From Anaeroplasmataceae bacterium (lineage in GTDB: Bacteria > Bacillota_I > Bacilli_A > Acholeplasmatales > JAEDCM01), in the NCBI GenBank assembly GCA_016294165.1, contig JAEDCM010000003.1, forward strand, positions 15,703 to 79,702: 64,000 nt of DNA, given 5' to 3'. Within the stretch, counting starts at the first letter, position 1. Every line of letters starts with the position of its first letter. The position numbers and the translations under genes were made by a program. Shown here piece after piece: positions 29,651-43,083 of this stretch. Below the pieces are notes generated by a model, which was not told the DNA's origin, made no database searches, and saw only the letters and a list, made by a program, of their open reading frames with translations.

Positions 29651-30145
29651 ATGGAAAGACATATTTTATCAGTACTAGCCTTAAATCATTCGGGAGTTTT
29701 AAGTAAAATTTCAGGATTGTTTAGCCGCCGCGGGTATAATATTGATTGCTTCTCAGCTGGTGTAACTGAAGATCCAAAGCTATCACGAATGACAATTGTT
29801 GTTCACACTGATCCAATTACCTTAGAACAAATTAAAAATCAATTAGAAAAATTAATTGATGTTATTAAGGTTGTGGAGCTTAAAGAGAATGAAGCAGTAT
29901 TTCGTGAACTAGTAATGATTAAGATTGAGGCAACCAAAGAAAATAGAGCGGAAATATTAGAAATTGTAAATATTTTTAGAGCTCATATCGTGGATGTAGG
30001 TAAGAATTCATTAGTTGTTGAAATAACTGGTGATGAGAGTAAGATTAATGCCTTAATTGGAATGTTAGAAGGTTATGGTATCAAAGAAATTACGCGTACA
30101 GGATTATCCGCAATTATGCGTGGTAGTCAAGAATTAAAGGATTAA
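29651..30145 (+). CDS. ilvN: Acetolactate synthase small (regulatory) subunit
   Basis: 164 aa, ACT domain N-terminus HILSVLALNHSGVLSKISGLFSRRGYNI. Confidence 0.9.
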   Translation: MERHILSVLALNHSGVLSKISGLFSRRGYNIDCFSAGVTEDPKLSRMTIVVHTDPITLEQIKNQLEKLIDVIKVVELKENEAVFRELVMIKIEATKENRAEILEIVNIFRAHIVDVGKNSLVVEITGDESKINALIGMLEGYGIKEITRTGLSAIMRGSQELKD

Positions 30146-30166
30146 CCAAGTTAATCAACTTGTTAA

Positions 30167-31219
<1,053 letters not shown>

Positions 31220-31250
31220 TTAGTTTTTGATTATAAGTGGAGGTGAGAAA

Positions 31251-32822
31251 ATGAAAGAGATTGCCATTTTTGATTCAACACTTAGAGATGGAGCACAAGG
31301 CGAAGGAATTTCATTTTCGGTAGCCGATAAAATTAGAATAGCTTTAACATTAGATGAACTAGGAATCCCGTTTATTGAAGCGGGAAATCCTGGTTCTAAT
31401 GCTAAAGATTTAGAGTTTTTTAAGGAAGCTAGCAAGCTTGAATTAAAAAAATCGATGCTAGTTGCTTTTGGGGCAACAAGAAGAGCTAATACAAATGTAT
31501 GTGATGATGCAAACCTAAATGCTTTATTAACTGCTAATACTAAGGCAGTTGCTATTTTTGGTAAGTCATGGGATTTTCATGTTACAGACATCATCAAGAC
31601 AACCTTAGAAGAAAACATTAACATGATTAGTGATACTATTAAGTATTTAAAATCTAAAGGAAAAATCGTCATCTATGATGCCGAGCATTTTTTTGATGGG
31701 TATAAAAATAATATGGAATATGCACTAAGAACTTTGAAGGCTGCCTCTGATGCTGGAGCTGATTACATTACCCTATGTGATACAAATGGTGGAGCATTTC
31801 CTGATGAGGTTTTTGAAATTAGTAGAACAGTTTGTAAGTTGATTGGTGGAAATATTGGGATTCATGCACATGAAGATGCAGGGATGGCTATAAGTAATAG
31901 TATTATGGCTGTGTTCGCTGGATGCAATATGGTTCAAGGGACCTTTGTTGGATTTGGTGAAAGATGTGGAAATGCAAATTTGAGTGCGATTATTTCTAAC
32001 CTACAGCTAAAGAAAAATTATCATTGTATTGATGATTTATCAAAGCTAACATCATATGCCAATAAAATATGCGAAATCTCTAATGTTCAATTAAATGAAA
32101 AGCTTCCGTATGTTGGAAAAAGTGCGTTTGCGCATAAGGCGGGAATGCATATTGATGGTGTTTTAAAGAATAGCGAATCTTTTGAGCATGTCAGTCCAAG
32201 TGCGGTTGGAAATGATAGAAGATTTTTAGTTAGTGAAGTAGCTGGAAGAAGCACAGTTGTGGAGAAAATATGTAGGTTTGTACCTAACGTTGATAAAAAT
32301 GATCCAGTGATTTCTGAGATAATCAGTCGTATAAAGGAATTAGAATATCTTGGTTATCAATTTGAGGGTGCAGATGCATCATTTGAATTATTAGTTAGAA
32401 AGATTATGGGAACTTATAAGAGTTCATTTGTTTTGGATAAATTTAAGATTATAACTGAGGATAGATTAGGAGCTAAAGGACATTCTGCATCAGCAATCAT
32501 TAAGATTAACGTTGATGGTAAGGAAGAAATCAAAGCATCCGAAGGAGAAGGTCCGGTTAACGCTCTAGATACGGCGTTAAGAAATGCTCTTGAGGTTTTT
32601 TACCCAAAATTAAAGGACGTACGTTTAACCGATTATAAGGTTAGAGTTTTAGAACCTAAGGAGGCAACAGCTGCCAACGTTAGAGTTTTGATTGAATCAT
32701 CTGATGGTGTTGATTCATGGTCGACTGTTGGGGTTTCAAATGACATTATTGAAGCCAGCTGGCAAGCATTAGTTGATTCTTTAGAATATAAGATAATTAA
32801 AGATTATGAGGGAGGAAATTAA
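31251..32822 (+). CDS. 2-isopropylmalate synthase / (R)-citramalate synthase family enzyme (LeuA/CimA; RDGAQ variant)
   Basis: [24 protein letters not shown] metallolyase N-terminus and C-terminal LeuA-dimer-like regulatory domain; GGAGGTG RBS before the ATG at 31251. Confidence 0.8.
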   Translation: MKEIAIFDSTLRDGAQGEGISFSVADKIRIALTLDELGIPFIEAGNPGSNAKDLEFFKEASKLELKKSMLVAFGATRRANTNVCDDANLNALLTANTKAVAIFGKSWDFHVTDIIKTTLEENINMISDTIKYLKSKGKIVIYDAEHFFDGYKNNMEYALRTLKAASDAGADYITLCDTNGGAFPDEVFEISRTVCKLIGGNIGIHAHEDAGMAISNSIMAVFAGCNMVQGTFVGFGERCGNANLSAIISNLQLKKNYHCIDDLSKLTSYANKICEISNVQLNEKLPYVGKSAFAHKAGMHIDGVLKNSESFEHVSPSAVGNDRRFLVSEVAGRSTVVEKICRFVPNVDKNDPVISEIISRIKELEYLGYQFEGADASFELLVRKIMGTYKSSFVLDKFKIITEDRLGAKGHSASAIIKINVDGKEEIKASEGEGPVNALDTALRNALEVFYPKLKDVRLTDYKVRVLEPKEATAANVRVLIESSDGVDSWSTVGVSNDIIEASWQALVDSLEYKIIKDYEGGN

Positions 32823-32824
32823 TT

Positions 32825-34096
32825 ATGGGAATGACAATGACTCAAAAAATTCTAGCAGCTCATGCTGGACTAGATAGTGTTGTTGCAGGACAATTAATTG
32901 AAGCAAAATTAGATTTAGTATTAGGAAATGACATTACAAGCCCTGTAGCTGTAAAGGAATTTTCTAAAATTGGAAAAGAAAAGGTATTTGATAATAGTAA
33001 AATTGCCATTGTACCTGACCACTTTACACCAAATAAAGATATTAAGGCGGCTGAACAATGCAAATTAATTCGTGAATTTGCGGTTAAGCAAGATCTTAAA
33101 AACTATTTTGAAGTTGGACAAATGGGAATTGAACATGCATTAATCCCTGAAAAAGGATTAGTAGTTGCTGGTGATGTTGTAATCGGTGCTGATTCACATA
33201 CTTGTACATATGGAGCATTAGGTGCTTTCTCAACAGGTGTTGGATCAACAGATATGGCTGCTGGTATGGCAACTGGTAAAGCATGGTTTAAGGTTCCAGG
33301 AGCATTAAAATTTGTTTTAACTGGAAAACCAAGTAAATATGTAACAGGTAAAGATGTTATCCTACATATCATCGGTATGATTGGTGTTGATGGAGCATTA
33401 TATAAATCAATGGAATTCGTTGGTGATGGTATTAAAAATTTAAGCATGGATTCACGTTTATCAATGGCTAATATGGCAATTGAAGCGGGAGCTAAAAATG
33501 GTATCTTCCCAGTTGATGAATTAACTATTGAATACATTAAGGCTCACAGTACTAAAGAATATAAGGCTTATGAAGCTGATCCAGATGCTGTATATGATGC
33601 AGTATATGAGATTAATCTTGCAGAGGTAAGACCTACTGTTGCTTTCCCTCATTTACCAGAAAACACAAAGACAGTTGATGAAATTGGTGAAACTGAGGTT
33701 AAGATTGATCAAGTAGTAATTGGTTCATGTACAAATGGACGTATGGAAGATTTACGTATGGCACGTGATATCTTAAAAGGTAAAAAGGTTGCTAAAGGAG
33801 TAAGAGTTGTTGTTTTCCCTGGTACTCAAAAGATTTATTTACAAGCTATTAAAGAAGGAATTGCAACTGATTTAGTGGAAGCTGGATGTGTATTTAGTAC
33901 TCCAACATGCGGACCATGCTTAGGTGGACATATGGGTATTTTAGCTGAAGGTGAAAGAGCTGTTTCAACAACAAACAGAAACTTTGTTGGACGTATGGGA
34001 CATGTTAAATCAGAGGTTTATTTAGCAAGCCCTGCTGTTGCTGCTGCATCAGCATTAACAGGATATATTTCAAATCCAGAAAAGGTGGTAAAATAA
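32825..34096 (+). CDS. leuC: 3-isopropylmalate (or citramalate) dehydratase large subunit, short archaeal-type
   Basis: 423 aa aconitase-family catalytic domain, Cys ligands (CTNGR..., CGPCLG). Confidence 0.88.
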   Translation: MGMTMTQKILAAHAGLDSVVAGQLIEAKLDLVLGNDITSPVAVKEFSKIGKEKVFDNSKIAIVPDHFTPNKDIKAAEQCKLIREFAVKQDLKNYFEVGQMGIEHALIPEKGLVVAGDVVIGADSHTCTYGALGAFSTGVGSTDMAAGMATGKAWFKVPGALKFVLTGKPSKYVTGKDVILHIIGMIGVDGALYKSMEFVGDGIKNLSMDSRLSMANMAIEAGAKNGIFPVDELTIEYIKAHSTKEYKAYEADPDAVYDAVYEINLAEVRPTVAFPHLPENTKTVDEIGETEVKIDQVVIGSCTNGRMEDLRMARDILKGKKVAKGVRVVVFPGTQKIYLQAIKEGIATDLVEAGCVFSTPTCGPCLGGHMGILAEGERAVSTTNRNFVGRMGHVKSEVYLASPAVAAASALTGYISNPEKVVK

Positions 34097-34097
34097 C

Positions 34098-34601
34098 ATG
34101 GAAAATGCAAAAGGAAGAGTTTTTCGCTATGGGGAAAATATTGATACAGACGTTATCATTCCCGCACGCTTTTTAAACACAAGCGATCCTCAAGAGTTAG
34201 CACAACACTGCATGGAGGATTCAATGCAAGATATCAACGCTGGATTGCCTAAATTTATTTTAAGAGTTAACCAAGGTGATATTATTGTTGCTGATAAGAA
34301 CTTTGGATGTGGTTCAAGTAGAGAGCATGCACCAATCGCTATTAAAGCTGCTGGTGTTAGCTGCGTAATCGCAAGAACATTTGCTCGTATCTTCTATCGT
34401 AATGCTATTAACATTGGATTGCCAATCCTTGAATGTGATGAAGCATGTGATAATATCAAGGATGGAGATATTGTAAGCGTTGATTTTAATACAGGAATTA
34501 TTACAAACGAAACAACAAATCAAAAATTTCAAGCACAACCATTCCCAGAATTTATGCAAAAGATTATCGCTGCTAATGGTTTAGTAAATTATATTAAATA
34601 A
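34098..34601 (+). CDS. leuD: 3-isopropylmalate dehydratase small subunit
   Basis: 167 aa aconitase swivel domain, coupled to leuC. Confidence 0.88.
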   Translation: MENAKGRVFRYGENIDTDVIIPARFLNTSDPQELAQHCMEDSMQDINAGLPKFILRVNQGDIIVADKNFGCGSSREHAPIAIKAAGVSCVIARTFARIFYRNAINIGLPILECDEACDNIKDGDIVSVDFNTGIITNETTNQKFQAQPFPEFMQKIIAANGLVNYIK

Positions 34602-34615
34602 GGGAGTATTAGAAA

Positions 34616-35701
34616 ATGGAATTTAATATTGTTACATTACCTGGTGATGGAATTGGACCAGATATCGTAAGAGAAGCTGTAAAAGTTTTGAATAAGGTTG
34701 GAGAATTATACAACCACAAATTTAACATTGTTGAAAAAAGAATGGGTGGAATTGCTATTGATATGGATGGTTGTTCACTACCTCAAGATACAATTGATGC
34801 ATGTCTTAAATCAGATGCTGTTTTACTAGGAGCTGTTGGTGGTCCTAAATGGGACAATCTTCCAAACGGAGATCGTCCTGAAAAAGGATTACTTGGAATT
34901 CGTGGAGCTTTAAAACTTTTCGCTAATCTAAGACCAGCGGTTTTATATCCACAATTAAAGTTTGCTTCACCTTTAAAGGAAAGTGTTATTGGTGATTCAT
35001 TAGATATTTTAATTGTACGTGAATTAACTGGTGGTATGTATTTTGGTGAAAAAGCTAATTCTCCTAAATATAATCCAGAAGATCCAATGTGCTGGGCATC
35101 AGATCAAGAAAAATACTACGTTTATGAAATTGAAAGAATCATTAAGGTAGGTATGGATGCTGCTATGAAGCGTAATAAAAAAGTATGTTTAGTTGACAAA
35201 GCTAACGTGCTTGAATCTTCAAGATTATGGAGAAGAGTAATGGAAAGAATTGCTCCATTATACCCAGAAGTAAGTGTAACATATCAATATGTTGATAACG
35301 CTGCAATGCAATTAATTGGAAATCCAGGACAATTTGATGTTATAATTACATCAAACATCTTTGGAGATATTTTAAGTGATGAAGCATCAAGAGTTACTGG
35401 TTCAATTGGTATGCTTGCATCAGCTTCATTAGGAAGTGAAAAGTTAGGATTATATGAACCAATTCATGGTTCTGCGCCAGATATCGCTGGTATGAATATT
35501 GCTAATCCACTTGCGACAATTCTATCAATCCCTATGATGTTTAGATATTCTTTAGGTTTAGATAAAGAAGCTAAGGCTATTGAAGACGCTGTAATGACTG
35601 TTTTAAATAACAATTATCGTACTGGAGATATCATGAGTGAAGGTATGATTAAGGTCGGAACAAAAGAAATGGGAGACTTAGTTGTAAATGCGTTAAAATA
35701 A
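34616..35701 (+). CDS. leuB: 3-isopropylmalate dehydrogenase
   Basis: 361 aa, isocitrate/isopropylmalate dehydrogenase motifs ([12 protein letters not shown]). Confidence 0.9.
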   Translation: MEFNIVTLPGDGIGPDIVREAVKVLNKVGELYNHKFNIVEKRMGGIAIDMDGCSLPQDTIDACLKSDAVLLGAVGGPKWDNLPNGDRPEKGLLGIRGALKLFANLRPAVLYPQLKFASPLKESVIGDSLDILIVRELTGGMYFGEKANSPKYNPEDPMCWASDQEKYYVYEIERIIKVGMDAAMKRNKKVCLVDKANVLESSRLWRRVMERIAPLYPEVSVTYQYVDNAAMQLIGNPGQFDVIITSNIFGDILSDEASRVTGSIGMLASASLGSEKLGLYEPIHGSAPDIAGMNIANPLATILSIPMMFRYSLGLDKEAKAIEDAVMTVLNNNYRTGDIMSEGMIKVGTKEMGDLVVNALK

Positions 35702-35748
35702 TTGGGTACCTAGGTACCCTTTTAAAGCAAAATAAGGAGGATTTAAAA

Positions 35749-37410
35749 ATGAAAAGTGATAGTATAAAAAAAGGAGCTGCAAGAGTTCCAAATCGTTCAT
35801 TATTTAAAGCAATGGGTTATACTGATGAGGAAATCGATCGTCCATTGATTGGAGTTGTTACTGCCAAGAGTGAAATCGTTCCCGGTCATATTAATCTTGA
35901 TAAAATAACAGAGGCTGTTAAACGTGGTATTTTAATGGCTGGTGGTACTCCAATTGAAATTCCTGCTATCGGTGTATGCGATGGTATTGCAATGGGACAT
36001 ATCGGAATGAAATATTCACTAGTAACAAGAGAATTGATTGCGGATTCATTAGAATGTATGGCAACAGCTCATGCTTTTGATGGTTTAGTTTTAGTTCCTA
36101 ACTGTGATAAGATTGTTCCAGGAATGCTTATGGGTGCTTTAAGAATGAATTTACCTACAGTTGTATGTAGTGGTGGACCAATGCTTGCTGGTCATGTAAA
36201 TGGTAAAAAATCAAATTTATCAGTCACATTTGAAGCTGTTGGGGCATACAATGCTGGTAAAATAACTGAAGCTGAATTAAAGGAATATGAAGATCATGCT
36301 TGTCCAGGATGCGGTTCTTGTAGTGGAATGTATACGGCCAACTCAATGAACTGTATGTGCGAGGTTTTAGGTATTGCTTTACCAGGGCATGGAAGTATTC
36401 CAGCTGTGTTTGCAGAAAGAATTCGTCTTGCTAAGCAATCTGGTATGCAAGTAATGGAAATGTATAGAAAAAATATTAAGATTAGAGATATCTTAAATGA
36501 AAAAGCTTTTGAAAATTCATTAACTGCAGATATGGCATTAGGATGTAGCACAAATACAATGCTACATTTACCTGCTATTGCTCATGAAGCAGGTGTAAAA
36601 ATAAATTTAGATTTGGCCAATGAAATTAGTAAGAGAACACCAAATCTTTGCCATTTAGCTCCAGCGGGAGATACTCATATGGAGGATTTATATTACGCTG
36701 GTGGGGTTAGTGCAGTAATGAAAGAATTAACTAAGAAAAACTTATTACACACTGATTTGATGACAGTTACAGGTATGACTATTGAACAAAACTTAAAATT
36801 AGCGGTTAATAAGAATCCAAATATTATTAGACCTATCGATAATCCATATTCTGAAACTGGTGGAATCGCGGTATTAAGAGGTAATTTGGCTGTTGATTCA
36901 TGCGTTGTTAAGCGTAGCGCAGTAGCTCCTGAAATGCTTAAACATACAGGGCCTGCTAAGGTATTTAATAGTGAAGAAGAAGCAACTGAAGCAATTAATG
37001 GTGGAAAGATTGTTAAGGGTGATGTAGTTGTTATTCGTTATGAAGGTCCTAAGGGAGGACCTGGTATGCGTGAAATGCTTGCACCAACAGCATGTATTGC
37101 TGGTATGGGATTAGATAAGGATGTTGCTTTAATCACTGATGGTCGTTTCAGTGGTGCAACACGTGGAGCAAGTATTGGTCATGTTTCTCCAGAAGCAGCA
37201 ATGGGTGGTTTAATTGCTTTTGTTGAGGATGGAGATTTAATTAGTATTGATATTAATAACTATAAGATTGAATTATTAGTTTCTGATGAAGAAATTAAAC
37301 GTCGTAAAGAAAATTGGGTTAAACCTGAACCAAAGGTTAAGTCAGGTTACCTTGCAAGATATGCAAAATTAGTAACATCTGCTAATACAGGAGCAATTTT
37401 CGAAGAGTAG
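35749..37410 (+). CDS. ilvD: Dihydroxy-acid dehydratase
   Basis: 553 aa, ILVD/EDD family ([17 protein letters not shown] Fe-S ligands). Confidence 0.95.
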   Translation: MKSDSIKKGAARVPNRSLFKAMGYTDEEIDRPLIGVVTAKSEIVPGHINLDKITEAVKRGILMAGGTPIEIPAIGVCDGIAMGHIGMKYSLVTRELIADSLECMATAHAFDGLVLVPNCDKIVPGMLMGALRMNLPTVVCSGGPMLAGHVNGKKSNLSVTFEAVGAYNAGKITEAELKEYEDHACPGCGSCSGMYTANSMNCMCEVLGIALPGHGSIPAVFAERIRLAKQSGMQVMEMYRKNIKIRDILNEKAFENSLTADMALGCSTNTMLHLPAIAHEAGVKINLDLANEISKRTPNLCHLAPAGDTHMEDLYYAGGVSAVMKELTKKNLLHTDLMTVTGMTIEQNLKLAVNKNPNIIRPIDNPYSETGGIAVLRGNLAVDSCVVKRSAVAPEMLKHTGPAKVFNSEEEATEAINGGKIVKGDVVVIRYEGPKGGPGMREMLAPTACIAGMGLDKDVALITDGRFSGATRGASIGHVSPEAAMGGLIAFVEDGDLISIDINNYKIELLVSDEEIKRRKENWVKPEPKVKSGYLARYAKLVTSANTGAIFEE

Positions 37411-37420
37411 GAGTGATTTT

Positions 37421-39088
37421 ATGCGATTGAATGGGTCAGATATTTTAGTTGAATGCCTTGTTGAGCAAGGTGTTGATACTGTCTTTGGATATCCCGGAGG
37501 AGCAGTTTTAAATATATATGATGCATTATACAAAAATAAAGATCGTATTAAACATATTTTAACATCGCATGAGCAAGGTGCTAGTCATGCAGCTGATGGA
37601 TATGCTCGTACAACTAAAAAGGTTGGTGTGTGTATTGCAACATCTGGGCCAGGAGCTACAAATACGGTAACAGGGATTGCTACAGCTTATATGGATAGCG
37701 TTCCAATGGTTGTTATTACCGGAAATGTTGGGCTTGCCTTATTAGGTAAGGATTCATTTCAAGAGGTAGATATCACTGGGATAACAACACCGATTACTAA
37801 GCATAATTACATTGTTAAGGATGTTAATTTATTAGCTGATACTGTCCGTGAAGCATTCTATATTGCTTCATCAGGAAGACCAGGACCTGTTTTAATCGAT
37901 ATTCCCAAAAACGTTAGTGCGGAATTTGCGGAGTATACTTATGTTAAGCCTCGTGAAATTATTAGAAGCACTTTCAGAATGAAGGAAAATGATATTATAA
38001 ATGTCGCAAATATTATCAATCAAGCTAAGCGTCCGTTTATTTATGCTGGTGGTGGAGTAAATATTAGTGGTGCAAGTGCAGAATTATTAGAATTTGCTAA
38101 TAAATTAAATGCACCTGTTAGCACTTCATTAATGGGAATAGGTGCATTTCCTGCCAATCACGAGCTTTCAACTGGTTTAATTGGAATGCATGGAAGTCAA
38201 GCTTCAAATATTGGTGCTTCAACATGTGATTGTTTGATTGCTATTGGTGCTAGATTTAGTGATCGTATTGTGAGTGATGTGAAGAATTTTGCTAAAAATG
38301 CTAAAATTGTTCATATTGACATTGATCCAGCAGAAATAGGAAAAAATGTTAAAGTTAGTGGACGTATTATCGGGGATGTTAAGGAAGCTTTGACTAAATT
38401 AATTCCGCTTATTAATAATCAAAGTCTTGATTATGATTGGCTAGAAAAAAACAAACAATTGCGAGAAAATAAAAATAAATGTTATAAGGATGAGGAAAAT
38501 TTAACGCCTAAATTTATCATGGAAGAACTTGATAAGGCCACTAAAAATGATGCAATTGTGACTACTGAAGTAGGTCAACATCAGATGTGGGCTGCTCAGT
38601 TTTACCAGTTCAATAAGCCAAATACCTTAATTACATCAGGTGGCCTAGGAACAATGGGATATGGTATGGGTGCTGCAATTGGTGCTAGTGTTGGTAATCC
38701 GGGAAAAACTATTTGTCATATTGCTGGTGATGGTTCATTTAGAATGAATTTTAATGAGCTTTCAACTGTTAAATATTATGATTTGCCTATTATCACTGTA
38801 ATCATGAACAATGAGGTTTTAGGTATGGTTAGACAATGGCAAACAGCTTTTTATGAGAAACGTTATTCAGAAAGTGTTTTAGATCGTGGTCCAAATTTTA
38901 ATAAGCTTGCGGATGCCTTTGAAATAAATAATTATGATATTTATACAAAAGAAGAATTTGTTAAAGCAATTGATGAAGCAGTTAAGAGCAAAAAAGCTGC
39001 TGTCTTGAATTGTCATATTGCTAAAGATGATAAGGTTTTACCAATGGTTGCTCCGGGTGCTGCAATTGATAATTTAATTTTGGAATAA
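37421..39088 (+). CDS. ilvB: Acetolactate synthase large (catalytic) subunit, ThDP-dependent
   Basis: 555 aa, ThDP-binding GDGSF...N motif, N-terminal pyrimidine-binding domain. Confidence 0.9.
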   Translation: MRLNGSDILVECLVEQGVDTVFGYPGGAVLNIYDALYKNKDRIKHILTSHEQGASHAADGYARTTKKVGVCIATSGPGATNTVTGIATAYMDSVPMVVITGNVGLALLGKDSFQEVDITGITTPITKHNYIVKDVNLLADTVREAFYIASSGRPGPVLIDIPKNVSAEFAEYTYVKPREIIRSTFRMKENDIINVANIINQAKRPFIYAGGGVNISGASAELLEFANKLNAPVSTSLMGIGAFPANHELSTGLIGMHGSQASNIGASTCDCLIAIGARFSDRIVSDVKNFAKNAKIVHIDIDPAEIGKNVKVSGRIIGDVKEALTKLIPLINNQSLDYDWLEKNKQLRENKNKCYKDEENLTPKFIMEELDKATKNDAIVTTEVGQHQMWAAQFYQFNKPNTLITSGGLGTMGYGMGAAIGASVGNPGKTICHIAGDGSFRMNFNELSTVKYYDLPIITVIMNNEVLGMVRQWQTAFYEKRYSESVLDRGPNFNKLADAFEINNYDIYTKEEFVKAIDEAVKSKKAAVLNCHIAKDDKVLPMVAPGAAIDNLILE

Positions 39089-39096
39089 TTTATGAT

Positions 39097-39122
39097 GGGT
39101 GAATTTATTCACCCTTTTTTAT
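39097..39122 (+). terminator. Intrinsic terminator of the ilv-leu operon
   Basis: gggtgaat/attcaccc hairpin plus a T6 run directly after the ilvB stop. Confidence 0.75.
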
Positions 39123-39152
39123 TAAATATTTAATAAAATAATTTGTTTTTCA

Positions 39153-39181
39153 TTGACTAAAATGCGAGGTTTAAGTATAAT
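39153..39181 (+). promoter_or_regulatory. Sigma-A-type promoter of the pectinesterase lipoprotein gene
   Basis: TTGACT - 17 nt - TATAAT. Confidence 0.6.
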
Positions 39182-39244
39182 TAAAGTGTATGCGTTTACA
39201 CTTTTTTTGTTAAAACAAAAGGTGCAAAGAAGGGAGAAGAAATT

Positions 39245-42200
39245 ATGATAAATAATTCTAAAAAAATTCTTGCGTTACTTTTAGTAGCTATAGGATGTTT
39301 TTTAGTTGTTGGATGCGGTTCTAACAAGAAAACAACAACAACAACTACAACTACCGTTACTACAAAGAGTCCAGCAGAATTAAATGAAGCTAGTACAATA
39401 AAAAGAGTTGCTGTATCAAGCGACATTTATGAAGAAGATGAAGGGGTTTATTCAGATCGTTATGGCATGACAACATTCTCAACAATTAATGCTGCAATTG
39501 AGTATATTCAAGCGCAAATTGATGCTGGAAAAATGACAAATGAAGAAGAAAAAGCCATCTTCTTAATGTATGGAGCTCCAAAGTCTTATGGAGTTTATAA
39601 AGAAAAGGTTACAATTGATATTCCTAACCTTTCATTAATCGGATCAAATGATGAAGTTACCATCTCTTACGGAGATTATGCATCACTAAATGGTATGGGT
39701 ACTGATAAGACTGCTACTGTTACTATTACAAGTAAGGCTGTTAACTTTAAAGCTTCAAATATCACATTTGTAAATTCATTTGATTATATCGCAAACAAAG
39801 ATAAGAGTGATATTCAAGCTTTAGCAGTAAACTGTCAAGCTGACCAATCAACATTCTATAATTGTACATTTAAGGGTTACCAAGATACTCTTGAAGCTAA
39901 AAATGGTCGTCAATATTATTATGATTGTACAATTGAAGGTTGTGTAGACTTCATCTTTGGGGCTGATGCTGTTGCATATTTTGATAATTGTATTATTAGA
40001 AGTTTAGATAGAAAAAATTCTAATCAAGGATATATTTGTGCTCCTAAGGGTGGAGCAGATGATATGTCTAAATTATTAGACTATGGATTTATTTTTAATA
40101 ATTGCTCATTATTATTTGATGAGGATTCAGATATTAATTTATATGCTGGTTCAGTTAAATTAGCTAGGCCTTGGAGACAAGGAGCATATACAGCTTATGT
40201 AAATTGCTTTATGGATAAACATATTGCTTCAACTTATGCTGATATGAGTGGAAACACAGCTGCTAATGCTCGTTTCTATGAATATGGAAACTATGGTCCA
40301 GGGGCAATTGAAAATAGAACTGATAAGAAGGATATGAATGCTGAACAAGCTGCTAAAGCAACTGATTTAGCAACAGTATTTGGAACTACAAATGGTGATT
40401 ATACATTTGAAACTGCATTTGATGCAAAAGCTGCAATTAAATTCTTAGCAACAACATCTTATGTTCTTGTTAATAATACAAAGGACACTACAATTAGAGT
40501 TCAAGAAGATTATGCTGGTTTAAATTTACCTTATGATTTAAATACAATCGTTACAAATATTGATTTACCTACTAGAGGATTAAACGGAACAACTATTGAA
40601 TGGACATCAAGCAATCCTGCCGTTTTAAATACTCAAGGTATTATTAATAGACCTGCTTATGAAGAAGCAGATGCTAATGTTACATTAACTGCTAAGATTA
40701 CTTATCGAGAAGTAAGTATGACTAAAACTTTTAATGTAGTTGTTCCAAAACATAATAAGACAATCATTATTACAAAGATTGATGAGAACTTTGATTATGA
40801 AATTGGAAAGGACTTAAGTTCAGCTAACAAGTGGGTTGTTGCTGGTATTGGTAAATTATCAGAAATTGTTGATAATGTTCCATACAATAATGATGCTGGT
40901 GATGCAACTAAGGCTGTTAAGTTTGTTCAATCAAATGGTGGTGAAGCATCATATACTCGTAGTATTAATATTGATGGAGAGATGGCAATTGAATTCTTTG
41001 CACTTCAATCACAAGACGGTGCAAATATTAAATATTCATTATTAAATGAAAATTCAGAAGAAATGTTCTTTATTAAATTTAATGCTAAGGATGCTGATGG
41101 AAAACGTCTAGTATCTGTAAATGGTGTAAATACAACATTAGATTTATTAGAAGGTGTTTGGTATAAATATCGTGTTACATTCAATCAAGAAGCTGGTACA
41201 TTTACATTTGGATATTACGATTATCAAGCAAATGCCTATGTAGAAGTTAAGAATGGTAAATATATTAATGAATTTGATATTAAATATATGAGATTTACTA
41301 GTGATCAAGGTAAGATTGCCGAAGATTCAGCATTCTATTTAGCAGATATGTATGTTGATAAGGTTAGCGAATTTGCTGGTGAAGTAGGAACAAATCCAAA
41401 TAAAGAATATGGTATTGGTATTGTTGAAGGAATTAAAGATCGTGTAATCCAAAATCAAGGTGAAGAATATGTTCATGCAGAGATTAAGGTTTACAACCGT
41501 TTCACATTACAATTATTAACATTAGGTACTGATTATACTATTGAATATACAGGATTAGATGGTATTGATGTAAATAATGAAGGACGTTATACAACATATG
41601 TTACAATCACATTAAATGATGGTGAACAACTAGTATTTACAGAAATCGTTGATGTTCAACCTGCCGATAAGGCAATTGAATTAACAAATTACAAGCAAGG
41701 TGTTATTTTAGCTGGTAAAGCAACATTTAGCGTTACAGCATCTCGTGATGATGGTAAATTATATTATATGTTCACTAAGAAAACTGATGTTCAACCAACT
41801 ATTGATGATGTTATTGCTCAAAGTTCAATATGGTTTGACTCTTCATGGAATAGTGCTGAACCAGTTGGAAAAGGTGTAATTAACCTTGCAAATGGAATGG
41901 ATATTGAAATTACACAAGATTTTGCTGATTCAACAATTGAATACTTATTATACATTGTTGCGGTTAAGAATGATAACACTAGATCAAATGTTATTACATC
42001 TGATCCAATCAATGATAAGTTCATGGCTAAGACAGCTGATGATTTAATCAATGTTTTAGTAGACCCTGCAAGTGTTGATGCTAAGATTTATTTAGCAAAT
42101 GATATTGATTTTACTGGTATAGGATATGCTGGTACAACAATTAAGTTCAAAGGAATTATTGATGGTCAAGGATATACAATTAAGAACTTAACTGCAGACT

Positions 42201-43021
42201 TCGCACTTTCTAAGGTTGGACTTCTTGCTGGTGTTTTAACAGGTGGTACAGTTAGAAATATTAACTTTGAAAATATTACTATTAATGCTATGGGTGGATA
42301 TAATGGTATTATTGCTGGAGAAGCTGAAAACGGAACAATTTCAAATGTTAAAATTAATGGATTCAAATTTACAAGTAGCGGACAATACAATGGTGGTATT
42401 ATTGGACGTTTAAATAATTCAACTGGAACATTAAATATTTCAAATACAAGTATTGTTGGTGCTGATTTCAAATTCTCTACAAAATATGGTGGAGGAATCA
42501 TGGCTGGTATTGAAAATGGTACATTAAATTTAGACAATGTATTATTTGCCGGAAGTGTTTCTTGTCCTGAAGCAACATCTACAATTTTAGGACGTCTAAA
42601 AGCTGGTAAGGTTATAATGAACAATGTTGCTGTATTTGGTACAATTAATGATGTTAAGAAACAAGCTGGTGCATTCATTGGATTCGTTGATGGAAGTACA
42701 AATGCTACAATTTCTAACTCAGTAGTAAATATTACAATTAATGGTGTAGATAAAATTTCTTCAAGCAATGCTGGTACATTTGGAAACATTACTGGTACAG
42801 GTAATGGTGGTGTTGCAGAAAGCAACTTAACTAACATTCATATCATCGATTACACATTACCAGGCGCAGCTATTACTGATGGTTCTGCTGATCAAAAAGG
42901 TATTATTCAACCAAAATCATCTGTTGATTTCACAACAGCCGATGGATATACTACTGCAGGATTTGATATGACTACTGAATGGGTATTTGATGCTGAAACA
43001 AAAGAAATTAGATTAGCTTAA
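39245..43021 (+). CDS. Large surface lipoprotein with CE8 pectin methylesterase domain and C-terminal GLUG-like/beta-helical repeat region
   Basis: Lipoprotein signal (LLVAIGCFLVVGCGS) then poly-Thr linker; pectinesterase motifs QALAVN, GYQDTL, GCVDFIFG, DxxR; C-terminal repeated GIIAGE/GGIIGR/GGIMAGI units. Confidence 0.8.
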   Translation: MINNSKKILALLLVAIGCFLVVGCGSNKKTTTTTTTTVTTKSPAELNEASTIKRVAVSSDIYEEDEGVYSDRYGMTTFSTINAAIEYIQAQIDAGKMTNEEEKAIFLMYGAPKSYGVYKEKVTIDIPNLSLIGSNDEVTISYGDYASLNGMGTDKTATVTITSKAVNFKASNITFVNSFDYIANKDKSDIQALAVNCQADQSTFYNCTFKGYQDTLEAKNGRQYYYDCTIEGCVDFIFGADAVAYFDNCIIRSLDRKNSNQGYICAPKGGADDMSKLLDYGFIFNNCSLLFDEDSDINLYAGSVKLARPWRQGAYTAYVNCFMDKHIASTYADMSGNTAANARFYEYGNYGPGAIENRTDKKDMNAEQAAKATDLATVFGTTNGDYTFETAFDAKAAIKFLATTSYVLVNNTKDTTIRVQEDYAGLNLPYDLNTIVTNIDLPTRGLNGTTIEWTSSNPAVLNTQGIINRPAYEEADANVTLTAKITYREVSMTKTFNVVVPKHNKTIIITKIDENFDYEIGKDLSSANKWVVAGIGKLSEIVDNVPYNNDAGDATKAVKFVQSNGGEASYTRSINIDGEMAIEFFALQSQDGANIKYSLLNENSEEMFFIKFNAKDADGKRLVSVNGVNTTLDLLEGVWYKYRVTFNQEAGTFTFGYYDYQANAYVEVKNGKYINEFDIKYMRFTSDQGKIAEDSAFYLADMYVDKVSEFAGEVGTNPNKEYGIGIVEGIKDRVIQNQGEEYVHAEIKVYNRFTLQLLTLGTDYTIEYTGLDGIDVNNEGRYTTYVTITLNDGEQLVFTEIVDVQPADKAIELTNYKQGVILAGKATFSVTASRDDGKLYYMFTKKTDVQPTIDDVIAQSSIWFDSSWNSAEPVGKGVINLANGMDIEITQDFADSTIEYLLYIVAVKNDNTRSNVITSDPINDKFMAKTADDLINVLVDPASVDAKIYLANDIDFTGIGYAGTTIKFKGIIDGQGYTIKNLTADFALSKVGLLAGVLTGGTVRNINFENITINAMGGYNGIIAGEAENGTISNVKINGFKFTSSGQYNGGIIGRLNNSTGTLNISNTSIVGADFKFSTKYGGGIMAGIENGTLNLDNVLFAGSVSCPEATSTILGRLKAGKVIMNNVAVFGTINDVKKQAGAFIGFVDGSTNATISNSVVNITINGVDKISSSNAGTFGNITGTGNGGVAESNLTNIHIIDYTLPGAAITDGSADQKGIIQPKSSVDFTTADGYTTAGFDMTTEWVFDAETKEIRLA

Positions 43022-43083
43022 TAGAATATAAGGGATGGGTTAAAAACTCATCCTTTTTTTCATATATATAACTAGGTGATTTA

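Noticed and set aside
33103-33537. 144-aa and other short ORFs antisense within leuC, and similar antisense ORFs inside ilvE, rsmH, ABC-F, recG, ilvC, ilvD, fakA
   Set aside because: All are nested on the opposite strand of genes with strong homology-type evidence. They lack SD sequences and have atypical composition, so they are treated as spurious six-frame ORFs.
39335-39367. Imperfect ACA/ACT trinucleotide tract encoding a poly-Thr linker after the lipobox Cys
   Set aside because: It is interrupted (aca x4 then act/acc/gtt variants). It is more likely a flexible linker than a phase-variable simple-sequence repeat. Noted only as a possible slipped-strand site.
42166-42837. 223-aa ORF antisense to the pectinesterase lipoprotein gene
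   Set aside because: Low-complexity Pro/Ile/Leu-rich translation of the antisense of the Gly/Asn-rich repeat region. No RBS. Embedded in a confidently called gene.
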